Part shown: positions 25,482-36,300 of the stretch, in pieces | How the letters are laid out: each line of letters starts with the position of its first letter | Numbering within the stretch: position 1 is the stretch's first letter | Source: Bacteroidales bacterium | Lineage (GTDB): Bacteria; Bacteroidota; Bacteroidia; Bacteroidales; UBA1715 | DNA: 64,000 nucleotides | Reading direction: 5' to 3' | NCBI GenBank assembly: GCA_017552705.1 | Contig: JAFZOY010000116.1 | Coordinates: 24,310-88,309 of the forward strand | Made by a program: the position numbers and the translations under genes | The notes under the pieces: generated by a model | What the model saw: the letters and a program-made list of their open reading frames with translations, nothing else | What the model was told of the DNA's origin: nothing | Databases searched by the model: none

Positions 25482-26507
25482 ATGACAATAAAAGAACTCA
25501 CATTTATTACCGACATCATTTCGTACAAGCCATGGAGCTGCCTGTTCCGTGTATTGTTCATCTCGCTTATTGGATTCCTTTGCCTGTTTATGACGGAAAC
25601 CATTTCCGAACCGTATGAGCTTCGTATGCCGTACATTTCCTATAGTATCGCATTTGTGGTGATTACCGAAATAAATGTCCTGTTCAATTATCTGGTGTCA
25701 AAATACGGTACACAAATAATGAAAGAGTATCTGTTCATTACGCACATCTTACTGAATATTATACTGATACTTATTGCAGTGTTTCTCCTATTTCCATCAA
25801 TAGAAGGTGAAGAAATCGCTCTTAATCCTATTGTGGAACTTTCCGCCATATTCACATTTATGTTCATCATTTTTATAATATTGGATATCACACTGTTACG
25901 CATCATACAAACATATATCCAATCGCAACAGGAAATTGAGAACTTACGTCAGGCGCAAAGTGCAAGCGAATATCAAGCATTGATGGAGCAAGTGAATCCG
26001 CATTTTCTGTTCAACAATCTTTCTGTATTGAAATCATTGATACTCTACGACAAGGACAAAGCCTACGAGTTCACCCAGAATTTCACCGACATATACCGCT
26101 ATGTGTTGCAGAGCAAAGATAAAGACCTTGTGACACTTGCCGATGAATTAGAATTCGTGAAATCATTTGTGGCGTTACACAAAGAACGTATTGGCGAAGG
26201 ACTTAACGTAACGTTCAACATTCCCGACGAGGCCCTTGGCAAACTGTTGGTGCCACTTGGCATGCAGATTTTGATTGAAAATGCGTTGAAACACAACATC
26301 GCATCGAAAAGCGAACCGCTCAACATCAACATTTACACAGACCACGATATGCTGGTTGTAAACAATACCCTCAACAAAAAAGAAACCGCATATTCCACAA
26401 AGAAAGGATTAGAAAATATAACCAAACGATACAAAATGCTTTCGGATAAACAGGTTGTTGTGGAACAAAACGATACAAATTTCATTGTTTCTATACCATT
26501 GATATAA
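25482..26507 (+). CDS. LytS-type sensor histidine kinase
   Basis: Multi-TM N-terminus; H-box QVNPHFLFNNL; ATPase motif ILIENALKHN. Confidence 0.8.
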   Translation: MTIKELTFITDIISYKPWSCLFRVLFISLIGFLCLFMTETISEPYELRMPYISYSIAFVVITEINVLFNYLVSKYGTQIMKEYLFITHILLNIILILIAVFLLFPSIEGEEIALNPIVELSAIFTFMFIIFIILDITLLRIIQTYIQSQQEIENLRQAQSASEYQALMEQVNPHFLFNNLSVLKSLILYDKDKAYEFTQNFTDIYRYVLQSKDKDLVTLADELEFVKSFVALHKERIGEGLNVTFNIPDEALGKLLVPLGMQILIENALKHNIASKSEPLNINIYTDHDMLVVNNTLNKKETAYSTKKGLENITKRYKMLSDKQVVVEQNDTNFIVSIPLI

Positions 26508-26524
26508 ACTTAAAACGTATTTCT

Positions 26525-27289
26525 ATGGAAGTGATAATAATTGAAGATGAGGACTACAATGTGAAACTGTTACAAGGACGATTGCTACAACTTCGTCCCG
26601 ACTGGACAATCTCACACACCTTCGACAGTGTGAAATCAACAGTGAATTATTTCAAGGAAAATGCCCAACCAGACCTGATTTTTATGGACATACAGCTTGC
26701 CGACGGCATCAGTTTCTCGATTTTCGACCAAGTAGAAATCACCTGTCCGATAATTTTCACAACCGCTTTCGACGAATACGCAATCCAAGCTTTCAAAGTG
26801 ATGAGCATAGACTATCTGCTCAAACCATTGAAAGATTCGGAATTGGAACAGGCAATCCAGAAATTTGAATCAATCACCAAACCTAAAAACCTTCAAAAGG
26901 ACGGGGTTTACAAAGAATTACTCGATGTGATTCGCAATGGAGAGAAGAAATACCGTACCCGTTTCCTCATTCAAGGTCATTCGTCGTACACCAAGCTTAC
27001 CGTTGACGAAATAGCTTATTTCTATAGCGAAAACAAAATCACATTTGCGGTGACGTTCGCCCAAAAGGAACATATTGTGAATTTTTCGCTGGAACAACTC
27101 GAAGAAGAACTTTCAAAAGACAATTTCTTCCGACTCAACCGAAAATATATCGCCAACATACAAGCAATACAATCGTTTGAGGATTTCTTCGGAGGAAAAC
27201 TCATTGTGCACCTTACTGTTCCAATGAAAGAACAAATAACGGTCAGCCGATTGAAAAACAGCGCATTTAAAGAATGGATGGGAAAATAA
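26525..27289 (+). CDS. LytTR-family response regulator
   Basis: Receiver domain DLIFMDIQLADG...DYLLKP. The C-terminal DNA-binding region is LytTR-like. Confidence 0.85.
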   Translation: MEVIIIEDEDYNVKLLQGRLLQLRPDWTISHTFDSVKSTVNYFKENAQPDLIFMDIQLADGISFSIFDQVEITCPIIFTTAFDEYAIQAFKVMSIDYLLKPLKDSELEQAIQKFESITKPKNLQKDGVYKELLDVIRNGEKKYRTRFLIQGHSSYTKLTVDEIAYFYSENKITFAVTFAQKEHIVNFSLEQLEEELSKDNFFRLNRKYIANIQAIQSFEDFFGGKLIVHLTVPMKEQITVSRLKNSAFKEWMGK

Positions 27290-27311
27290 ATTCTCCCATC
27301 CTTACTTAAAA

Positions 27312-27341
27312 GTGATGTTACTTTTATCGTAGTAACATCAC
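27312..27341. terminator. Bidirectional hairpin between convergent genes
   Basis: 11-bp stem GTGATGTTACT / AGTAACATCAC with an 8-nt loop; overlaps the last codons of the giant gene. Confidence 0.5.
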
Positions 27342-30300
27342 ACTACCATATTTCACTGTCTTACCATTGCCGGCATCGAATCCTTGCCATACCTGTCCAT
27401 CGAGGAATGTTGCCTCCATTTTCCAGATATACGTGTCAGATTCAGCCATCTTGCCTTCGTAGCGACCATCCCAGTAGCCGACAAACATTCCGTCCTTCAC
27501 TTCGTTGGAGAACCACATCAAATTACCCCACTTGTCATATACGGAAATTTCACAGGTTTGCAAATTGAAGCCCTTCGGCTGGAATGTACGTACCGCATGA
27601 GCCGGATTCGACGGCGAGAATGCTGTAGGAACATACAGCGACGATGACAAGTTCACAAATATACATTCAGTGTATGTGCTCGTACAACCGAAATCGTTCG
27701 TTACCGTCAATATCGGGCAGTTGTAGCCGTAAAGGTAACCGCCTTCATAAATCGGGAAGTTTCTCTGGTTGAACGACAAAACCGTGTCAACATACGACTC
27801 GTCAGCACCCTGATGACCAAAATTCCACGCCATAGTATATTCGATTGGCAAAGCAATTGGCTCACCCAGTTCATCGGTTGTCCACAAACTATCTTGTACC
27901 GTGCTGTCTTTCAGTTCTATAACGTTCGTCGATCCTGGCATCGACCAGTTGAAATGAGCAACTGGAGCAGGAGCAATCTGTACAACCAAGGTATCGAAGC
28001 CTTCACAACCAGCCCATGTTTGTTCATAGACTATCAATGTGTCAACACCCGGTTCAAGCCAGTCGATGTAGCGTACCGAAGTTGACATAGCGTCTTTCGA
28101 ATAGTTCAAGTGATTGCCCGTAACTGTCCAGAAATACTGGCTATTTTCGGAATATTGCGTATAGTACGATTCTCCGATTGAACCCATACACACAGAATCA
28201 CGACCAATCAAATGTGTATTTGCACCTGGCGCAACAACCAATGTGATAGTGTCTCGCTCACTTTCACAGCCAAGCGAATTGGTTTCGTCCTCCTCATCAA
28301 TTGCGTACATATTCATATCATATATCTCAAAACGGTATGAACCAGTATCAAGACGCTGTCCTGGTTGGAATCTGTACGACTGTCCGTGCCAAACTTCAGG
28401 CAATGTGCCGTCCAAACTATTCCAAACCGTGTTCGGACTACCCAACGAACGAAGTTCGTCAATATCCTCACCTTGACAAATCAACGTAGAGAACACAAGC
28501 GGTTTTCGAGCACGCGCCTTAACTGAATACGTCATTTCCTGCACATCGCTTCGGCAAGTGGCAACGTCGCTTCGATATACGTATCGTGCCGAAATAACAT
28601 AGTCGCCAACGGCGGTAATCATATTTGTAGGCGTTACCGAATGTTCCTCATTGTCAGCATATTTTTTCGATTGAGTTCCGTTGGAAACAGACCATTCAAC
28701 AAACGAAAGGTCGGTAATGGCGGGAACATAATTTTTTGCCTGAATCGTCAATACTGAATCATAGATACACAACACGGTATCTTCGCCAATTGTGAATGTT
28801 GGACGAGCTATCACGTGTAACGTATCGGGAATGGTGTCGCTGAAACAGCCTCTTTGCTCACGAACCACATAATAGATAACATCCTTATTACCAACCTCAC
28901 CTGGATCTGGCGTATATGTGTAGCCTTTGGCAACAAGTACTTGGGCATCAGCATCGTTGTACCATGCATCGGTAGCAAAATCGGTAGCCAACGTTGGAAT
29001 GAGCGTATCGCCTTCGCATACACTTGCTCCTGAAACACGTGGGCTATTCGGTTTTGAATACACATTAAATATAACATTCGCTTTATCACTTTCGCACGAT
29101 CTCAACGTTTGTGTCACGCTATAGCGTTTAGCACCAGCCGTCATATCTGATTGCGACAACATAAGTTCTTCGCCGTCGGCAATTAGTTCATCCGCAACGT
29201 ACCATTTCACCGTCATTCCTTCGCGAGGCTCTGCCACAAGTGTAGGAGCAGCGTCGTATTCGCATAAATTTCCAGGATTCTTAAACGACGGCGCATTCGG
29301 AATCATCTTTATTTCATATACAACCGGAGCCAGCGGTCCCTGACAGCCATTAACGGTCTGTGCTACATAATACACATATTCATTTACATCGCTAACCTTA
29401 GGTTGATATGTTGAACCCTTTCCAAGGAACGTATTACCAGAAGCATCGCTGTACCAGCTCAACACTGCTCCGTCAGCACCACGGGCAGAAATAACCGTGT
29501 CGGTTCCTTCACATGTTTCCGAACCGAATACTTCAGGTGCCGTTGGTATCGGTTTAATTGTATATGTAGCGGATGCTTTCTCACTATAGCAATCATTTTC
29601 AAAACGAACGGCGTAGATTGTGTAATCATTTGGTTCGTCGCCAGTTGGATTGAAAGTCATTTGCACAGAAGAACCATCAATAGAAGGAATTCCATATTCT
29701 CCTGGATCTTCCTCAAACCATACGGCACCTGTTCCCATTCCATTGTATGTTGCCTTGAACGACAATTTATCGGTTTCGCCCTCGCACACAGCATCGTTAG
29801 CTGGTGTGATAATTGGAGCCTGTGTTTCGATTATCGTTACAGTTGTCTTAACCTTGCGGCCTTCGCAACCTTCAGGATTTGTCAACCCTTGTAATGGCAA
29901 TAAATTGTATTCCGACACATAATATGGATACACGTTTGCCGTAGCAACTGCATTTTTCGGATCAAATTTTCCTAATTCATCACCAACGGCAAAATCAGTT
30001 GCATCAACAGAAGCATAGAAACGGAACTGCGACAACGAGCCATCCCGTTCGTTCCAGCTATCGGTAGTTCCAGTTGCAGCCGTCAATGTTGCGGCACCGC
30101 TTGCTACATCGTAAACGCAGGCTACAGGTGCATCAACAATCACATTAGGAATTGGACATGGCACCAAACGAACAACTGCCTCGGTTGCCTCTGAATAACA
30201 TTCCGCCGAGCCATCGTACTGACGGGCATAATATGTCCGTTCAGTTTCACGGTCATACGGAAGACCTGTGTTCCACGTTGTTCCATCGCCATTGTCAGTT

Positions 30301-33300
30301 TTATTTTTGCGAACATCTGGGCTCATTCCCGATTCATAATCAAACCAGTGAATTGATGCGCCCGACTCAACAGCAGAAGTAACTTTCACCACAACGTCGT
30401 TCTTTTGGCTGGTCATAGCGTAGAAACCTTCTGTTTCAGGCTTCGGCAAATAAATCACACGAAGTTGTCGTTCTGCCGTGCCAACGCAGCCTTTATTGTC
30501 AACCGCTTTATATGCAATACTATAAATGTCAGTTTTACTGTCTTGCTTCGATGCACTGAAATATGCATACGATTCAGTCGTTGTGGCAAATGAGCCATCA
30601 ACACCCGTTGTTGTCCATAAAGTTTCCTCCAACGTGTTCTCAACATCGCCGCCATTGTTACCGGCAACTGCTCTTACACGAATACGAACGTCGCCGCTGC
30701 TATGACACACGGATGTTGGATCAGATGCCTCGAACGAAACAGTTGGATTGCTGTAGACCGTGCTACGAATTTCGCGTGGTTCCGACCAACAAGACTGACG
30801 ACCTGCTTCGTAATAGGCTTTGTAACGAACAAAATATGTGGTAGTTCCAGGTTCATCAATGTTATTTTGCGTGAATGTGGATGACGTTCCCGACATGCCG
30901 GCAATAGAATTCAATTCGGCAGTTGTTGACCAACTCCATTCCGTTGGATCAGCACCGCTGTTTGCCGTAGCAACCATGCCTTCCGCAAATGCCACGCCTT
31001 CGCAAGTTTCGGCGTCAGTCACAGTTTCAACCGTCCACGGACAATCAACTATTGAAATTTTTTGTTCAGCACGTTCGCTCACACAACCATTCACCGTCTG
31101 CGACACATAAAGCGACATTCCTTCCGCACCAGTCTGTTCAGCAGGATTGATAATAGAAGCATCAACCGTCCACGGATTCGCATTGCCACTCAATTCATTG
31201 CGTGAAGTTTCTGTTCGGAACCAACTTACAGCCGATGCATCGTCTTCAATATCTTTAGCTGTAAGAACCACAGGAATTGGATTCGAAGTCATTCCTATAT
31301 AAGTGTCCGTTGACGGAACATCAGGATATTCAACCACCAATGTCGCATCATCGCTGTTCGTACAGCCATTTGCATCGGTGTAGGTATATTGTATCGTATA
31401 ATTACCATCAGTTTGACCACCAAATGTTGGGTCGATTTCGCCCGTTGAAGCAGCAATGTTGGTAGTTTCGCCGTCCAATGTCCATTCGCCGCCGCTTGTT
31501 ATCATTGTTGAACTTGTTCCGTTCACTGTTGCCGAAACAATGGTCTTGCCTTGGGCGTAGCACATAAGTACATCATCCACAGTGATTTCAGGCAACGCAT
31601 TCACCGTAACGGTAACTTTCGCCTTCGGACTCTCACATTCCTGTCCGCTCGATGATTCCACAGCCATATAACTTACATAGAATGTAGTTGTTGTGTTTTC
31701 AGAGACTACGTTACCAACACCATGCGCATAACTTGACGAGTTGTCGTTTACCGTTTGTGTTTCCAACGGAGTTGATTGATTTTCAGCCGAATACCACAAC
31801 CATTTTGTTGCTTTGCCGCCAACTGCCATTGTTTCCACGTTTCCACTTGCCGATACAGTTATGTCGGGCAATGATTCGCTTGAACATCTCACCACATCAT
31901 CAGGAGCAGGTGCCGACCACGGACAGTCAACCAACGACAGAACCACTTCCGATGGCTTACTTTCGCAACCATTACCATCGGTTTGCGTAATCCAGTAACT
32001 CTTTGTGTATGAAGTGAGACCTACAGTAGCCGCTGCCAACGCAGTTTTGTCGGGAGCATATTCCACCGAATTACTTGCCGACTGCAATTCCGAAGATTGA
32101 TTTGCGCTTGCATTCGCATACCACGTCATTTCCACTCCAGTTGAAGTGAATTCTCCCGTAAGATTCGGCAAATGTTCTATGTCGCCAATCAACCAAGTTT
32201 TTGGATTTGCTATGGGAGCTTCCATAAAATGAGCCGTTGTGGTACTTTTTACCGTTGATGTACATGTAGTTCCGTCATTATACGGAGAACTTTCGACTAC
32301 ATACGTTAATGTCGTTGTTAATTTATCACTATTAGTATTGTAATCGCCTGGAATCCAACTAAATCCGCTAACAGTACCTTCCGATGCGGTAAGTGTTCCC
32401 GTGTGCGGATTCACCGTAACTGGTACGGCTTGGTCGCCATAGGCACAAATATCTTCTGGACTTGTTATTGTAACGCTTGGAGTATCAACCACATGAACGG
32501 TAACTTTTGTTCCTGCCGACCAACAATTATTTATTTCATCGTATTCTGCCGCATAATATACAAAATCCTGAATTGCCGATGCTGGATTAGTTACTTCATA
32601 TTCTATGACATTTGCGCCAACTCCCGATTTTACATGTGAATCGAAGTCAGAGCCATTCTCCCCAACAGGATCTGCATCCAACCACGAGATATGCGATGCC
32701 GAGATTGTTGAGCTGGCGTTTCTTTCCGCTTTTAACGTTTTGGTTGCATCTCCTTCGCTACGGCAAACATATATGTCGCTTGCCACAGGAGCGAGTGCCT
32801 CGCACGCCGAAACAACCAATGTTGCTATTGTGCTGTCGCTATAACATTCTTTGTTGTTGACCATTCTATATTCACGCACAGCGAATTTATACGAGCCGAC
32901 AGGTGTTGTTTCGTCAGCACCCATGGAATAACTTGTTCCCGTTTCTATCACATCGCCGCCCGTTTCGTCTTCCAACCATTGAATCACGTCGCCCGCTTCC
33001 GAAGCAGTTGCGGTAAGCTCATCGGAGCCTGATGCTTGATCACCTGTAATCAATACCGTTTGAGTTGGGCCAACTGTTGGCGCATCAACTTTCGCCACCG
33101 TGGTTTTCACAGTGGTTTCGTTCTGACATTTATACGGATCTGTATAAACGTATTTTATCTCGTTTTCGCCCGTTGGTTTTGTTGCAGGATTGAAACTTGG
33201 ATCAGTTGACGATGCGGTTCCTGTCCATACACCTGAACCGCCTGTTGGGGAAACCGTTGCGGTAATTGTTGCCGCTGCCGCATTGTAACATATTTCCGTA

Positions 33301-36300
33301 GGAGCATTAATTTCTACCGTAGGAAGTGAGTGAACAAATATTTTGTCGGATGTTGATTTTACACAACCATTTTCGTCAGTATAAGTAAGAGTAACCGTAT
33401 ATTCCTTGTTTGCAGCATTTTGCGTTGGGTCGAATGATCCCGTTTTGTCATCAATCGAACCTCCATTATCAATTGTGTATGCAAAACCGTCAGGATTGCT
33501 TGTCCCTGTTGTACTCATTGTTACCACAGAACTATTGTTTCCACCTTCGCACACATCACTGTTGCTAACTGTCAACGTTGGCGTTGGCAATGGATACACA
33601 ACCATATTTATAGATGTCTCGTCGGCTTTACAGCCTTTTTCGCTTTCGAAATTATAGGTTACTTTTTGTGTTCCAGCTGCAAAATCACTTGGCTTGAACG
33701 TGGCTGTTTTTTCCGAACTTTTGGTAGCCACAGTCCAAGAACCCGTACCATCCATACCAGGCGTAATCGTTGCAGAAATAGTTTGAGCGGTAGTTTCGCT
33801 GATACAATTATTTGGATTATCGGAGTGAAGTTCAGCCGTTGGCTTTGGATTTACAATAATTTCTGCCGTACCAGTTCCTTCACAACCATTTATGTCAACT
33901 ACCCGAACATTGACAGTATAATCATTTGCCGCAGCCGTGTTCTTAAACACAGGCGTTGCCGTGCTTGTACTATTGAATTCCGCAGCAGCGGAACCCGACC
34001 ATTCAACAGTTTCGTAGGAATCAGCCAAACTTACGTTTACCGCCGTTCCTTCGCACACTTCGTCGTTTGACAAAACAATTGTCGGCAACAATTCATCGAG
34101 GACAGTCACTGTTACCGAAGAGCGTTCGCTTTCACAGCCATCAACCGACTGACTTACGTAGTAGTTGGTTCCATTTGTGGAACTTGCCGTACTCGGAGTT
34201 GGTGCTGTGGAACTTGCAGTACCGCCTGTAGCATCGGTTCCGTACCAATTCAGAACTGCCCCAGACGCTTTTGTCACATAGTTATCAAGACGTTCTGATA
34301 CAGCATCAAGACATTTTGAGAATCCTGTTGTTGTAGGTGCCGATGGAATTGGTTTTACCGTTACATCGCGGCTGACACGTTTTGCCTTACAACCCTTTGC
34401 ACTGGTAAAATCATACGTTACTGTTCCCGTAGTAGTTTCGCCGAATGACGCACTTGTTTCGGTAGCATTCGAAACATTTGAACTCCAAGTAAACGAACCA
34501 TTTTCACTTGGTTTTGCAGTAACTATTGCAGAAATAGTCGCCGTTTCTCCCGAACAAATAGCGTCAGGTTCCGACAACGTAACCGTTGGATTCGGATACA
34601 CCGTAATAGTTGCATCGCTTTCGCCATCGCATTCAGCATTTTTTACATACACGTGAACGTTGTATGTATTTATATCGCCATTCGCTGCAGGCGCGGTAAA
34701 AGTTGGCGTTGCAGAATTCACAGTCGAGCCAAAACCTTGTGTTGCCGCAGTTCCCGACCACGTTACTTCATATTGGTTAGCTTTTTCCACAGTGACATCA
34801 GTTGTCGAACCTTCGCACAATTCCGATGACGAAATTATGATTTCGGGACGAAGTTTCTTGTTTACCACTATTTCTATTGGTGTCCGCTCACTTTCGCAGC
34901 CTTTGTAGGTTTGCGATACAGAATAATTGAACACGTTGTCTGTTTGTATGCTGAACGATGGAGCCGCGTTCAATTTTGTACCGTTCGCATCGTACCACGA
35001 TAACGTACAATTTCCGTCGGCAGTTGCCTCCAATGTTTTGTTTGCCGCCGACGCGTTCATACACCATGATTTCTGGTTAGCTTCCGTTGGCGCATTCGGA
35101 TACGGATTGAAGACCAACGATAATGCATCTGGACGATCGGCTTTACAGCCTGCCGAACTTTCATAATCAACAGTCACCGATACATCTTCCTCCGACGGCC
35201 ACGCAGCAGTTTTCACCACTGTTGCGGTAGCTCCGCTTCCCGTTGCGCCAAGCCAAGCAAATGTTCCGTCCGAAACAGTCTGACCATTGATTTTTGCCGT
35301 TGCAGTCACCGAAATCGTTTCATCGCTACATACGGTGGTTTTATCCGCTGAAAGAGTTACAACAGGCTTCGATTCTATGGAAACAGCTTTTGTTGCCGGA
35401 GTGCTTTCGCACGACAATGTTGCCGTCACCATATTTGTCGCCGTAACCGAATAATCACCCGATGTTGATGCCGTAAGCGATGCGGCAGTACCACTACCCG
35501 AACCGCTCCACGAGAATGTTGCATCGCTTATGTCAGAAGATCCCGACAAAGCAACCGTTGCCGGAGAACAGACTTTTCCACTTTCCGGAACCGAAGTAAT
35601 GGCAACCGTCGGAACTTTTCCCACAACAACTTTTGCACTACCACCGTAGTTCGAGGCAGGAGCAACACAATTCGCATCCTTCAACGATTTGATTGTATAT
35701 ACATATTCCGACGAAACTTCGCCTGAGGCTACAGTTGACGACGGTGTGATTTTTCCTGAAATCGACTGGGACGAACCATTTTTCGCTGTTCCACCGTTTT
35801 CAGAATACGTATATGTGAACGGTGCCGTTCCGATAAATGTCAGCCCAATATCAGAAATGTCGTCGCCTTCGCAATATTCCCCACCAGTTCCTATCGACAT
35901 TGACGGATATGGAAGGCTGGTCACTTCGATTTCTGCCGTTTTCTGGCACGAAGTCAGCGTTGGGAATTTCACATCTTTAACCAATACCTTATATGTTCCC
36001 GCTTCCTCAATATTATTCAACGGCAACGTTGCCGCCGTTTGCGTTGCCAACACTTCGTCACCTTTATACCACGTATAGTTGAATGATGATGCATCGTCCT
36101 GCGACGTTACCGTGAACGAAACATTCTCGTTCGGACACAACGCCGTTTTTCCGCTCGGCGTGATTGTCAGCGGTTTAGGCTCCGTACACGTTGGGCAGTC
36201 CATAATCGCTTCAACCGAAGGCGAAATCGAGTAGTTTTTACAATAGTTCGTCTGTGAAAACTCCGATGTGTTTGCCAATGTTGACGCAGTTGCCGCAACC